Shown here piece after piece: positions 28,301-38,335 of a DNA stretch of 64,000 bases. Position numbers and translations under genes: made by a program. The notes beneath the pieces were generated by a model, which saw only the letters and a program-made list of their open reading frames with translations, was not told where the DNA came from and made no database searches. Every line of letters begins with the position of its first letter. Position 1 is the first letter of the stretch. This stretch comes from Candidatus Iainarchaeum sp. Lineage in GTDB: Archaea > Iainarchaeota > Iainarchaeia > Iainarchaeales > VGJJ01. The stretch is taken from contig JACQJG010000018.1 of NCBI GenBank assembly GCA_016198125.1, positions 2,843 through 66,842 on the forward strand. The letters run 5' to 3'.

Positions 28301-29389
28301 ATGAAGCCGCGCTTGAACGAATGGGTTACCTTTACCCCCAACAAGGGCCTTCCCATTCACAACTGGTTTTATTACAAGGAAGGTTTTTCTGCGCCCTTGG
28401 TGGAGTGGGCGGTTAAAGGGTTCAAACTGGAAGGGCCCATACTGGACCCTTTTTGCGGGGTTGGAACCACTTTGTTGTCGTGCAAGTTGCTGGGCTTGGA
28501 AGCATACGGGTTTGACGTGTCTCCGCTGGCCGTTTTCGTGTCCCGCGCAAAAACGCGCAATTACAATGTTGAATTGCTTCGCGAAGAGTTTTCACGGGTA
28601 CAGTCCTTTGAACCCGCATGGGAGAAACCTTTTCCAAAGGAGTTGTGGTTTGCGTCTCGTTTTAACCGTTCTGTGCTGCGCGAGATTCTTGCATTCAAAG
28701 AGTTTTTCGTTAATGCCTTTTCTTCTCCTGTGAGCGGGTTTTTCCTGTTGGCGTTGATTGATTCAGCGTTGCGTGTTTCAAACGTTGAACGGCAAGGGGC
28801 TTCGCTTCGTGCTGTGAAGAAAAGCGCTCAAGCGTTGAAGCCCATTTTGCTGGAAAAAATTGAGCGCATGATGGGGGACGTGAGACGTGTGCCTCAGACA
28901 GGGGCGGAACCTTTTGTGGAGGAAGGGGATGCGCGCTGGCTGAAGGCCCTTTCAGGGGAAAGCGTTGGTTCAATTGTCACTTCCCCCCCGTACTTGAACA
29001 AGGTTGAATATGCGTCTGCATACAAGCTTGAGCTTGCATTGTTTTTTCGCGCGCCCACCACTCAATTGAGAAGTTTTTTGGGTTCCGAGGGCGTGCGCAT
29101 GTCCTCGCAGGTGCCCATCATTGATGCGTACTTTGAGGACATGGCGCGTGTGTTGAAGGAAATGAACCGCGTTTTAATTCCAGGAGGAAAAGCAGTCATT
29201 GTAGTGGGCGGAGGCTGTTTTCCCGATCGTGCAGTTGAAAGCGATGACCGCTTGGTGGAGTTGGGTTTGAATGCAGGTTTTGAATTGGTGAAACTTTTAA
29301 AGGCGCGTGAAATTCCATGCGGTGCCCACGGGGGTTTGAAGGGCCGAACGGTCAGGGAAAGCATTATTGTGTTAAAAAAGCAGGTGTAA
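28301..29389 (+). CDS. Amino (N4-C/N6-A) DNA methyltransferase, orphan
   Basis: HNWFYYKEGFS, LDPFCGVGTT (motif I), TSPPY (motif IV). Confidence 0.85.
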   Translation: MKPRLNEWVTFTPNKGLPIHNWFYYKEGFSAPLVEWAVKGFKLEGPILDPFCGVGTTLLSCKLLGLEAYGFDVSPLAVFVSRAKTRNYNVELLREEFSRVQSFEPAWEKPFPKELWFASRFNRSVLREILAFKEFFVNAFSSPVSGFFLLALIDSALRVSNVERQGASLRAVKKSAQALKPILLEKIERMMGDVRRVPQTGAEPFVEEGDARWLKALSGESVGSIVTSPPYLNKVEYASAYKLELALFFRAPTTQLRSFLGSEGVRMSSQVPIIDAYFEDMARVLKEMNRVLIPGGKAVIVVGGGCFPDRAVESDDRLVELGLNAGFELVKLLKAREIPCGAHGGLKGRTVRESIIVLKKQV

Positions 29390-29450
29390 GCGTGTTTTAA
29401 CGCCTCGCGCGCGCCAGCAACATTTAAATATGCTTGGGGTCTATTGGTGA

Positions 29451-29981
29451 TTGGTTTTGTTCATGCGCAAAATGATGTGGTTTCGCATTGCGGGCAGGGA
29501 CGTGCACTTGCCAAAGCTTATTGGCAGTTTTGTCTTGTTTGCCGCGTTGTTAATGTTCTTTCAAGCCGGTGCAGTCATGTTTGACTCCTGGGACAATTTG
29601 AAGGACATTCAAAACTGCTTGGATGCCGTTCAAACCAATTCCACTACCATTGATGTTTGCCAGCGTTCAGCGTATTATGCGTTTGACGACATGTACATTC
29701 GTGCCAATCAAACCGAGCTTACTTCCCGGCAGGTTGGCGCAGCGTTGTTGAAGCCTATTGCATGGTTGTTCTTTTGGGCGGTCGTATTCATTTTAGGCAT
29801 CATGTTTTACAGGTCTGGAACGATTGTAATTCCCATTGAAGAGTCCATAAAGGAAATTCCGGATCGATGGCCTAAGCGCAAACCAGGCGCTTCTTCAAGC
29901 GCTCCTCTGCGTGCAGGTTCTTCTTCCATGGAACCGCGCGTGGTTATACCAGACCATGCAAAAAAGAAAGCGCCAAAGTGA
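29451..29981 (+). CDS. Hypothetical membrane protein
   Basis: Two TM helices with a Cys-containing loop. Confidence 0.65.
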   Translation: MVLFMRKMMWFRIAGRDVHLPKLIGSFVLFAALLMFFQAGAVMFDSWDNLKDIQNCLDAVQTNSTTIDVCQRSAYYAFDDMYIRANQTELTSRQVGAALLKPIAWLFFWAVVFILGIMFYRSGTIVIPIEESIKEIPDRWPKRKPGASSSAPLRAGSSSMEPRVVIPDHAKKKAPK

Positions 29982-29985
29982 GCTT

Positions 29986-30795
29986 TTATTTTTCAAACGC
30001 GTCCAAGAGTTTTTCAATGCCTTTTTTTATTCGTGGGTTTTGCCTGTCCTGGTAGAATCCCCTTGCCATCCAGTGTGCGGCGTGCGGGGATATTTTGTAC
30101 TGTTCTTGTATGTGGCGCGTGATTTCGTTCAGGCTTTTGGCACGTGCAATGGCTTGGAGGAAGGGGCGCAAACGGGTTGTCAGTTGAAGGTATGCATCCA
30201 ATGGGGTTTGACCGGGGGCCATTCTTTCTGTAAGAAAAAGCGGGGCCTGTACGTGTCCTGTAACAAATTTTGCCGCGTACACGAATTCTTTCATGCGCTG
30301 GCTTGCTTCTGCGTGGCGCACTACTTCGTTGAACAGGGTTTCTGGAAGGGGGTATGTTTGGGTGTACACGTGAGACAGGGCTTCAATGGGTTTCCAGTTT
30401 TCATTAACGTGAGTGGAAGGAATGTTGAGTATTTCCCTGGACTGCATGGCATGGGAGTGTGCATGTGCCTGCCCTTGTTCCCAGTCTTTTGGGGAGAGGT
30501 GGACGCCGTACATGTTTGGGTATATGCTAAGTCGTGGGAGAATGGTGGTTCCTTTTGGAGTGAGAATGGTGAATGCTTCCACGTTAAGGTAGAATACCTG
30601 TCCTGGGTTTTTTATGTTGGCGAATCGGATCCACCCGCTTGTTCTGGCGGGGGATTTTAAGGGCAAGTGAACCCCGGACGGAACGTTTTTTATGGGAGAC
30701 ACGCGGCCGGCGCGGAGCGCGCGCAGGAGGAATTTTTTCACGAATGCTTCAGGCGTTTTGTGCTTGCGCAGTGCGGTTAAAACCGTGCGGGACAT
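29986..30795 (-). CDS. Hypothetical basic protein
   Basis: 269-aa ORF with R/K-rich N-terminus. Confidence 0.6.
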   Translation of the reverse strand: MSRTVLTALRKHKTPEAFVKKFLLRALRAGRVSPIKNVPSGVHLPLKSPARTSGWIRFANIKNPGQVFYLNVEAFTILTPKGTTILPRLSIYPNMYGVHLSPKDWEQGQAHAHSHAMQSREILNIPSTHVNENWKPIEALSHVYTQTYPLPETLFNEVVRHAEASQRMKEFVYAAKFVTGHVQAPLFLTERMAPGQTPLDAYLQLTTRLRPFLQAIARAKSLNEITRHIQEQYKISPHAAHWMARGFYQDRQNPRIKKGIEKLLDAFEK

Positions 30796-30838
30796 GGGAA
30801 ATGAAATAGTAAAAGAAGGTTATTAACCTTCCTTTTTT

Positions 30839-32305
30839 TCATTCGTCCAGTGCAATGGTTTTCGTGGTGGAACTGCCTTGGAGTTTTCCTTTTTTTACTC
30901 CCACCAGGTACTTGACATTGTTTTTTTCGGCTTCTTCGAGCAGGCGTTTGGTGATAATCCCGTCAAAGACAATGGCGTGCACGTTTTGCATGCCTTGAAT
31001 TTTTTTAACCAGTTCTTTGACGTTTACGCTTGCCAGTTCGTTGAGGCTTGAATCCAAAAGCTTGGCTTTCAAGGTTCCTTTCAGGGTTTCCATGAAGGGC
31101 TTGAATGCCTGTTGTTCTTCCGGGGTTGCGCGTGCCTCTTCCATGAACAGGGGGGCATTGCTTGCCTCTTCAAACGCGATTTCGCTTCCAAATCCCGGGC
31201 GTTCAAAACCAGGTTCGCCCATTGGTCTTGGCCCGCGTTTAAACCCTTGGTTGCCAAAACGGGGATTTCTCCCGCGCATGCCGCGTGAATCTCTGCGCGG
31301 GCTCCTGCGATCGCGTCCCATTCTGTTCAAGGGACGCTCTCGGTAGGTGGACGCAGGCGTTCCTGCAATGAACGCGTTTTCAACGGGCATTTCTTCGAAG
31401 GATTTTTGAGCGTCGTAAGAGTGCAGGGGACCGCGTTTCGTGAATGCCTTTTGATAGGATTTTTCACGGGGCGCACCTGCCTGTTCCAAGTACGCTGGTG
31501 TTTCCATTTTTCGGCGCAGGCTTTGAATGATTTCTTTTTGGGTGAGCTCTTCCACTTCTTTTCCATCCGGGGCTTGTGCTACAAAATCCACTTTGGCCAC
31601 TTGGTTGAACTTGCGCGCGTTCAACTGCCCACCCCGGTCTCCGTCCACAAAGAGTACAACGGTTTTTCGTTTGGACAGGTCAATGATTTCCTGCTGTATT
31701 TTGCTTCCATCCATTCCTACTACGTTTTTAATGCCGTGCTTGAGCAGGTTTACTACATCTGCCCGGCCTTCCACAACAATGATGGACTCTGATTCTCCCA
31801 CTTCGGGGCCGGCAGGCAGTTTTCCTTTTCCAAACTCCTGGATTTCGGATGCGCGTGCCTGGTGGCGCACTTCTTGGGCGATTTCCTGGGTTTCCGGCAT
31901 TTGACTGGTCATGAATTTGGACAAAATGTCTTTGGCTCTTTCTGTTATTTCCTTGCGTTTTTCAACCCGCGTGTCTTCAATTTTAATGGTTTTGAACACG
32001 CTTTCGCAGGGTCCAACCTTGTCTACGGTTTCAATTGCGGCCGCGAGAATGCTGGTTTGCACCATGTCCATGGAGCTTGGAACAAGCAGTTCTCCGCGGG
32101 TAGTGCCATTGGACTGCTGAACGTTGACTTCGATGCGTCCAATGCGCCCGTTTTTCTGCAATTCTCTTAAATCCATTTCTTCTCCAAGCAACCCTTCGGA
32201 TTGCCCGAAGATTGCCCCCACGATGTCGGGTTTTTCCACGACTCCTTTGATTTCAAAGTCCAAGTGGATAACGTATTTTACTGTGTCAATGTATGTTTTT
32301 GCCAT
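30839..32305 (-). CDS. dnaG: Archaeal DnaG (TOPRIM; primase-like exosome-associated protein)
   Basis: VEKPDIVGAIFGQSEGLLG, VVEGRADV, DGDRGG, FDGIIT.RL. Confidence 0.95.
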   Translation of the reverse strand: MAKTYIDTVKYVIHLDFEIKGVVEKPDIVGAIFGQSEGLLGEEMDLRELQKNGRIGRIEVNVQQSNGTTRGELLVPSSMDMVQTSILAAAIETVDKVGPCESVFKTIKIEDTRVEKRKEITERAKDILSKFMTSQMPETQEIAQEVRHQARASEIQEFGKGKLPAGPEVGESESIIVVEGRADVVNLLKHGIKNVVGMDGSKIQQEIIDLSKRKTVVLFVDGDRGGQLNARKFNQVAKVDFVAQAPDGKEVEELTQKEIIQSLRRKMETPAYLEQAGAPREKSYQKAFTKRGPLHSYDAQKSFEEMPVENAFIAGTPASTYRERPLNRMGRDRRSPRRDSRGMRGRNPRFGNQGFKRGPRPMGEPGFERPGFGSEIAFEEASNAPLFMEEARATPEEQQAFKPFMETLKGTLKAKLLDSSLNELASVNVKELVKKIQGMQNVHAIVFDGIITKRLLEEAEKNNVKYLVGVKKGKLQGSSTTKTIALDE

Positions 32306-32343
32306 AAAGTATTCCTCTTTTTTTTGCAATTCTTTTTACAGAA

Positions 32344-32649
32344 TCAGAGTTCAAGTTGTTGGTGCAAAGCGCGCAAAACATTTTCAGGGCTTGTTGAAAC
32401 AAGCACTTTTTTGCGCGTGTTCGTTTTTCCGCTCAAAATTTTTACCTTGGCGGAAAACATTTTTCCCAATTCTTTTTCAATTTCTTTATTGGCCTTTCCG
32501 TTGCGCGCAGGTTGGGTCACATTTAATTTAATCGTGTGATTCCATTCATTGAATGCCTTGAACGCGAAACCGCGTTGCAAGGCGCTTACCTGCAATTCCA
32601 ATAGGACTCCTTGCGGGGTTTCTTGGATTGCGCGTTGAAAGTCCTTCAT
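32344..32649 (-). CDS. DUF167/YggU family protein
   Basis: PARNGKANKE, ILSGKTNTRKKV motifs. Confidence 0.8.
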   Translation of the reverse strand: MKDFQRAIQETPQGVLLELQVSALQRGFAFKAFNEWNHTIKLNVTQPARNGKANKEIEKELGKMFSAKVKILSGKTNTRKKVLVSTSPENVLRALHQQLEL

Positions 32650-32813
32650 TGCGAATGTGATTAATGAAACGTGAATTCAAAGCACCAACAGGGAACTCCA
32701 ATTCACTTGCATTAATTGGGTGGGGCATGGGTATATTAACCTTTGCCGGAGTAGGGGTCTTTCCTGGTTTTTGAGGGGAGTTAATTAAGGGGTTTTGGCA
32801 TTGTTTTTCTTGC

Positions 32814-33224
32814 ATGTCCCATTACAATAAGGGCGCGAATGCCGAGCGCGAGCTGATTGCCTTGTTATTGCAGGCCAATGTGGCCGCGTTGAGGGCCGCT
32901 GGAAGCGGGGTTGCTCCAAGTGCCGGGCCAGACGTGGTTGCGTTAACCCCTGGGAGAGTGCTGGCCATTGAGTGCAAGGCGTGGAAGGCTTCCACGCTGT
33001 CCATTTCACATGTTCAGGTAAAAGACTTGCAGGGCTGGTGTGCGCGTTCTGGCGCTGAACTGGTGGTTGCATGGAAAATCCCGCACAAGGGCTGGAGGTT
33101 CTTGGGCTTGGAACATTTTTCAAAAACCCCCAAGTTTTACTCGGTTTCACGCGACACAGCGTTAAGAAAGGGGCTTGAATTGAACCGCTTGCTGGGCCTT
33201 CAAACGCCTTTGCTTTTTCAATAG
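32814..33224 (+). CDS. hjc: Holliday junction resolvase Hjc
   Basis: KGANAERELI, RAAGSG, PDVVA, IECK motifs. Confidence 0.9.
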   Translation: MSHYNKGANAERELIALLLQANVAALRAAGSGVAPSAGPDVVALTPGRVLAIECKAWKASTLSISHVQVKDLQGWCARSGAELVVAWKIPHKGWRFLGLEHFSKTPKFYSVSRDTALRKGLELNRLLGLQTPLLFQ

Positions 33225-33277
33225 GCATTGGTTTTAAACCCTTTTGAAGGCAGTATTATTACTGAGAGTGTTGGATT

Positions 33278-33436
33278 TTGGAGCCCTTGGAGTTGACTAT
33301 TAGTGAGTTGGAGCGCTTGCACGCCAAGCAGGATTCCATGCGCGCGCGCATTCACCTGGAAACCGCCATTGAAAACCTGCGCAAATTCTTGTCCCTGCAG
33401 GGAGAAGGCGCAGTGGATTTGACAAAAAAACGCTGA
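33278..33436 (+). CDS. Small hypothetical protein (52 aa, not in the ORF track)
   Basis: TTG-start MEPLELTISELERLHAKQDSMRARIHLETAIENLRKFLSLQGEGAVDLTKKR fills the intergenic gap. Confidence 0.5.
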   Translation: MEPLELTISELERLHAKQDSMRARIHLETAIENLRKFLSLQGEGAVDLTKKR

Positions 33437-33451
33437 CCTCTTTTTAGCGCA

Positions 33452-34141
33452 TCAAATAAGCGTGGCCAGGAATACAAGGGTAATGCCAATGATGGCAGTT
33501 ACCACAAACAATACAATCGTGTCAATCGTAGTGGAGCCTCCAAGTTGGGTTGCAAATACATACAAGTCCGCAACAATGAACAGCAGTCCAAGCGCGAGCA
33601 TGGTGTTTCCAATCCACTTGTTGCGCGTTCCTATTCCGCGCACTTTTAACTCGTCCATATCTAAGCGTACCTGTTCTACGCGTGCCCCCAGTTCGTTCAT
33701 TTGCCCGCGCACGCGCTCGCTTAACTCTGCAAACGTTGAAACGGTTTCAGACATTTCCTGCTGGAATGTTTTGCTTTGCCCGGTGATTTGCTTTTCGTAT
33801 TTTCCAAGGTCTTCTCGTATCTGTAATTCCAGGTTTTGCTTGGCTTGAATGACTGATTCAACCGCGCGCTGTTCTATGAAGTGTTGGAGTTCCGGTTTTT
33901 CTTTTTCAATGTCGCTTTTAACGATTTTGGATATTTCGTTGCGCAGTAATGCGAACGTGTCTGCCTGCCCCAGTAATAGGAGGCGCTGGGCTTTTTGGGG
34001 TTCCACGCCCAAGGACTTGAGTGTTTCAAGAATGGTTTCCTCGCTTTCGCCTTCTTTGACCATGGTTTGAATGATGTCAATGATGCTGGGCTCGGTTTTG
34101 GATTCCTTGGACATTTTTTCACACCACGTTTCATGGTTCAA
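33452..34141 (-). CDS. Coiled-coil protein with two C-terminal TM helices
   Basis: Heptad-rich body, hydrophobic C-terminus. Confidence 0.75.
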   Translation of the reverse strand: MNHETWCEKMSKESKTEPSIIDIIQTMVKEGESEETILETLKSLGVEPQKAQRLLLLGQADTFALLRNEISKIVKSDIEKEKPELQHFIEQRAVESVIQAKQNLELQIREDLGKYEKQITGQSKTFQQEMSETVSTFAELSERVRGQMNELGARVEQVRLDMDELKVRGIGTRNKWIGNTMLALGLLFIVADLYVFATQLGGSTTIDTIVLFVVTAIIGITLVFLATLI

Positions 34142-34808
34142 TGACTATTTCCTGCTGGTAGGCGCTTGTAGTGTCATTTACTTTGAGGTTAAAAAGGATT
34201 TGCGTGGTGCCTGGCCGGAGGGGGGTTAAGTGAATGTTTTGAATCGTGCATTCCTGCGCGTTCAATGCAAGCGTGGTTGTAAATGGGTTTTCTTGGAAGA
34301 ACTCGGGCGCATGATTTTGCGTAAATTCTGCAAGAATTAATTCCAGTGTCGGGTTGCACAATTGGGCGTTGAAATCAAAGGCTTTTCCAAGGGCAATTTG
34401 ATTGGAGAGCTGCAGTTTTAACTGTATGGGCGCTGGACTCGAACCTTCAATGGAATTGAATGCAATGGTTTTTTTCTTGGATTCATGGTAGGGGGCTTCT
34501 GCAATGAACTGGTACTTTTCTTCGTGCCCGTATTCCGGTTGAATGGCAATGGAATGGGCTTGCTTGGGTTCCAGGCGCTGGATGAATGCAATTTGGGTTT
34601 TCGTGCCTGTTTTTTCCGCGTAAATGGTCAGGTCTTCAATGGTGTGACTGGAATCGTTTTTTACCACCAGGTACGCTTTTCTTGCTTCTTCATAGTAGTC
34701 CATTGCAATTCCAGGAGTGTAAAAAAAATAGTAGGCGAGTGCAAGGCCAAGGAATCCATACAATCCAATCATGACTTTTACAATGCGCATTCTCCTTGCA
34801 TCAAGCAT
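34131..34808 (-). CDS. Membrane-anchored beta-sandwich surface protein
   Basis: N-terminal TM helix then Ig/CARDB-like beta pattern. Confidence 0.65.
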   Translation of the reverse strand: MLDARRMRIVKVMIGLYGFLGLALAYYFFYTPGIAMDYYEEARKAYLVVKNDSSHTIEDLTIYAEKTGTKTQIAFIQRLEPKQAHSIAIQPEYGHEEKYQFIAEAPYHESKKKTIAFNSIEGSSPAPIQLKLQLSNQIALGKAFDFNAQLCNPTLELILAEFTQNHAPEFFQENPFTTTLALNAQECTIQNIHLTPLRPGTTQILFNLKVNDTTSAYQQEIVIEP

Positions 34809-34851
34809 GCAATGTTTTAAGAGTTAAAGGGAATAAAATGGTTATTGCTTG

Positions 34852-35610
34852 TCAGGCCAGTTTTCCTTTTTGCCAGTCCAACAGTATTTTTCGCGCCATT
34901 ACGCTGGTGTCGGGTTCCCCGCCTTTGCGCAACCGGTTTTGGTTTCGTGCAATGCTTTCCAGCCATTCTTCCGGGCTTGCATTTTCAGGCGCACGCGTGT
35001 GATACGTTTTTTCAATGCGTTTTCTTGTTTCTTTGTTGTGCCATGCGCTTTCAAGGAGTTTGAGGCACGCGCCTTCAGGGTCTTTGGAGGTGAACGCGTT
35101 TTTTGCTCCGACCATGATTAACTGGGCTTCATTTTTTTGATTGAATGGAATGACTCCAGGAGAGTCAATGAGGTACGTGTCCTGGTTTAATTTTATGAGC
35201 TGTTCCCCCCGCGTAAAGCCTGCGGTAATGCTTGTGCGTGCGGCTTTTCTTCCTGCCAGGGCGTTGATTAAACTGCTCTTGCCCGTATTGGGGTAGCCGA
35301 TCATGGCAATTTTTCCGCCCTTTGGAAGGGTTTTTCCAATGTGGGCGCGCATGCGGGTAATGCCCGTGTGTTCCTTGCACGATACAAAAAAGCAGGGCGT
35401 GTGAGGGGGGACTTCTTTTCGGATGATGTTTTGCTGTTTTTTTGAAATTAAATCGGATTTGTTGTACACAAGGGCAAGTTTTTTTTCATAGGCTTTTATT
35501 TTTTCTTCTATGGCATGATTGCGCGTGAGCGTGTGAAAACGTGCATCCACCACTTCAAACACAAGGTCTGCCTGTTCGATGGCGCGCATGGCCCGGTCAT
35601 ACAGTCCCAT
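34852..35610 (-). CDS. Circularly permuted GTPase, RbgA/YlqF family
   Basis: DAR, NKSD, GYPNTGKSS, DSPG in G4-G1-G3 order. Confidence 0.9.
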   Translation of the reverse strand: MGLYDRAMRAIEQADLVFEVVDARFHTLTRNHAIEEKIKAYEKKLALVYNKSDLISKKQQNIIRKEVPPHTPCFFVSCKEHTGITRMRAHIGKTLPKGGKIAMIGYPNTGKSSLINALAGRKAARTSITAGFTRGEQLIKLNQDTYLIDSPGVIPFNQKNEAQLIMVGAKNAFTSKDPEGACLKLLESAWHNKETRKRIEKTYHTRAPENASPEEWLESIARNQNRLRKGGEPDTSVMARKILLDWQKGKLA

Positions 35611-35715
35611 ATGCTTTCACATGGAATGAGGGAGAATGCCCTATTAATCTTATGGGGGTGCTTGTTGCCTTTCCTGTTAAGGGGTCAAACAGGGCCTTGT
35701 GACCTCCGATTGGGT

Positions 35716-36072
35716 TTACACGAGCTTTAAGTGCCGGGTGAATGTGTCCAATTCGTTTTCTGGTGCCGGGCCCATTCCAAGGCACGTAAGGGTTCCGGGT
35801 TCTATTTGCGTGTGCCCTGCGTCTTTGATGAGTGCGCATGGGATTTTTTTCTTTGCTTTTTCAAAGAGTTCAAGCAATTCTTTTTCGCTTGAAACTTTTA
35901 CCACGATTTTGGGCATGCCCTGGTTCAGCCATGCGCTTGTCCATTCAGGTTTTTTTGCCTGCGTGTTCAAAAATGCTTGTACTGCGGCGTGCGCGCATTG
36001 TGCGGCAGTCTTGCCTTTGCCCATTTTGAGGTCTGCGCGAAGGATAATGACTTGTTTGTGGGCGTAATGCAT
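35716..36072 (-). CDS. pth2: Peptidyl-tRNA hydrolase Pth2
   Basis: MGKGKTAAQCAHA, KIVVK, DAGHTQI.PGT motifs. Confidence 0.95.
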   Translation of the reverse strand: MHYAHKQVIILRADLKMGKGKTAAQCAHAAVQAFLNTQAKKPEWTSAWLNQGMPKIVVKVSSEKELLELFEKAKKKIPCALIKDAGHTQIEPGTLTCLGMGPAPENELDTFTRHLKLV

Positions 36073-36136
36073 GTAATCCAGTACGGTTGGGGGGTTTTTG
36101 AATTTAATTGTTTTGCGTGCGGTCCTTGAAAGAGTT

Positions 36137-36457
36137 TTAGGCGTTAATGGCTTTTACGGTGAGCGTTTTGGTGGTGCCATTATCGTTCCATAGCGCGGAA
36201 AAGCTTTTGCTTTCGTTCAACCCGATCCACACGCTCCTGTTTTGGGGTTGTTCGTAGCCCTTCACCGTGTACGCGCGGTTGTATTCCACCAATACTTTGT
36301 CTCCTGCAATGCGGTGGACTTTGAATAAATGCCCTTTGTCTTTAAGGGGGTCGAATTCCGTGTTTTCTTGTACGGTGATTTCTTCGGCTTTGGTGTTTTT
36401 CTTGAATGGCGGTCGCCAGTCCTGGCTTGTTTCCTTTATTTCTATAACGGCTTTCAT
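36137..36457 (-). CDS. Hypothetical protein
   Basis: 106-aa beta-rich ORF. Confidence 0.6.
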   Translation of the reverse strand: MKAVIEIKETSQDWRPPFKKNTKAEEITVQENTEFDPLKDKGHLFKVHRIAGDKVLVEYNRAYTVKGYEQPQNRSVWIGLNESKSFSALWNDNGTTKTLTVKAINA

Positions 36458-36537
36458 TCCTTGTTCCCCCTTGCTTTTTGGTTAGTAGAATTACGCGGGC
36501 AAGGTTTTTAACCTTTCACTGGATGGGCAGGGGTTTA

Positions 36538-37035
36538 TTAAGCGTTTTTTGGGTTTTGAATGGAAACCACTACCAGGGGTTCGTTAAGCGTTGGGGTGTG
36601 CGTTTTGTGGGCGTGGGCCAGTTGTTCTTCTGCTACTTCGAGTTTGCGCAGTTCGACTCCAATTTGATGGAATTGAAGGGTTGCCATGAGCGTTAGAACC
36701 GTGCCTCCAAGGATGAATGCCACTTCCACAAGGGTGTAGTACACATGGGCGGATTCAATGAATTTGAGTAAGGTGAATCCTGTGGCGAACAAGCCCAACC
36801 CAATGCCGATTATGTTTAATTGGACGCGTTGGTGGGCCAACAGCGTGCGCTGCTTGGCCAGGGTGGTGCGTTGGTCTACCGAGTAATCTTCCGGGTCAAA
36901 TGCATTCATGCGTGGGCCTATTACGCGTTCAATGTATTTTAATCTTTCAGCAGGCCTTTCCGCTTCCATCGGATTACCTTTAAAGCGTGGTTTGTTCTCT
37001 TGTAGAGTATGGAATTGGATGGTTGGATTGCCCAT
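36538..37035 (-). CDS. DUF202/YidH-like membrane protein
   Basis: RTTLAKQRTLLA followed by two TM helices; true start probably MEAERP. Confidence 0.7.
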   Translation of the reverse strand: MGNPTIQFHTLQENKPRFKGNPMEAERPAERLKYIERVIGPRMNAFDPEDYSVDQRTTLAKQRTLLAHQRVQLNIIGIGLGLFATGFTLLKFIESAHVYYTLVEVAFILGGTVLTLMATLQFHQIGVELRKLEVAEEQLAHAHKTHTPTLNEPLVVVSIQNPKNA

Positions 37036-38103
37036 GCCGTGGAGCGTTTAAAGGATTCGGATGCGCGCTTGCGGGAACTTTCAATGCACGTGGGTAAAGT
37101 CTCCCGCACGGGTTTAAGGGCCTTAAACAGCCCGTTTGTATTGGAGGACGCGCTTATTCAAGCAGTGCCATCCGTGTCCTTTACAGGCAAAGTGGCTGGA
37201 GTTGACTCCGGTTTTTTGGACCGTGCACTGTACGTGTTGGACATCCTGCTGGTCAAGTCTGTGGGCGTGGTGTTTGAGTACCAGGGCAATCGTTTGGTGA
37301 AATCCGTGTACTACCCGCGTTTTTTTCAGTTTCCAAAACCCGAGGTGAGCGCGGAGGGCTTGGAACGGGATGAGGTGCACTGCAGTGTTTCGCTCACGCG
37401 TTTGCGCGAGGAAGTGCGCGTGGCCAGGGAAATCATTGAACGCCATTCTCCCCAATTTCTTTTCCTGGATGGTTCTCTGGTGCCCCAGTTCATGGACAAG
37501 CCGGGGAAGGATTCCAAGGTAAAAGTATTCTACCATGAAGTGTTGAACGACTTTCAACTGTTATTTCAAACCGCATTCGATCATGAGTGCACGCTGGTGG
37601 GCGCCGTTGAGGACTCCCGGGGAAACCGTTTTCGGGCGCTGATGGAAGAAACCATTTTTCCAGGTCTTGGCGTTCATGCGGATTTGGGTTCGTGCAAGGA
37701 TGCAAGCCTATTGGAATATGTGCTCAGTCCAGGAGAGCGCACGCTTGCATTTTCTTATGCCCAGGACGTTTCCAAGCACCCTGTACTTGCGGACATGAAT
37801 GAGAAATGGGCGCGCGCCCTGCATGCCCTGTATGTGAAGCCTTCAGCATACGACCGGCCATTGCGGGTGGAATTCCTTTGCCATGATTTAACTCAAATGC
37901 CTGCGTGCGCCGGCGAAGTGGCGGGGATTGCGCTGAACCAGTCTTCACTGCACAAGGAATACGCGTTTCCTGCAGTGTTGATTGAAGCGGATTTGCGTGC
38001 CAGGCTGAAACCGGAGGAAGTGGACTGGGTGTTTGAGCGCATCATGCAAAAACTTGGGCGTAAAAACTTTTGGCTGCAGCGCAGGGATAAGAGGCCGTTT
38101 TAG
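37009..38103 (+). CDS. nurA: DNA double-strand break repair nuclease NurA
   Basis: AGVDSG, LDGSL, FPAVLIEAD.RA motifs; near herA. Confidence 0.88.
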   Translation: MELDGWIAHAVERLKDSDARLRELSMHVGKVSRTGLRALNSPFVLEDALIQAVPSVSFTGKVAGVDSGFLDRALYVLDILLVKSVGVVFEYQGNRLVKSVYYPRFFQFPKPEVSAEGLERDEVHCSVSLTRLREEVRVAREIIERHSPQFLFLDGSLVPQFMDKPGKDSKVKVFYHEVLNDFQLLFQTAFDHECTLVGAVEDSRGNRFRALMEETIFPGLGVHADLGSCKDASLLEYVLSPGERTLAFSYAQDVSKHPVLADMNEKWARALHALYVKPSAYDRPLRVEFLCHDLTQMPACAGEVAGIALNQSSLHKEYAFPAVLIEADLRARLKPEEVDWVFERIMQKLGRKNFWLQRRDKRPF

Positions 38104-38149
38104 CCAAAAAGTTAAATATTACTGGGGTAATACTATTAATGGTGGTTTT

Positions 38150-38335
38150 ATGGAGACAGTGCCGGCTAAGATAACTCCAAAGCTTGTGCAGGAAATGGAT
38201 GACTTGGTCAAAGATGGGTGGTATGCCTCGCGCAGCGAAGTCATCAGGGATGGCGTTCGGGAGCTTGTTAAAAAGCTTCGAAGTGAACGCATTATGCGCG
38301 CAATCAAAGAGGATGTGGAATGGGGCCTAAAGTGA
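38150..38335 (+). CDS. Ribbon-helix-helix antitoxin (CopG/Arc/MetJ)
   Basis: MDDLVKDGWYASRSEVIRDGVR. Confidence 0.85.
   Translation: METVPAKITPKLVQEMDDLVKDGWYASRSEVIRDGVRELVKKLRSERIMRAIKEDVEWGLK

Noticed and set aside
29911-30660. Long antisense ORFs (e.g. 29911..30660, 59982..60794, 24889..25632, 43532..44269)
   Set aside because: They lie opposite better-supported genes and lack motifs; treated as shadow ORFs.
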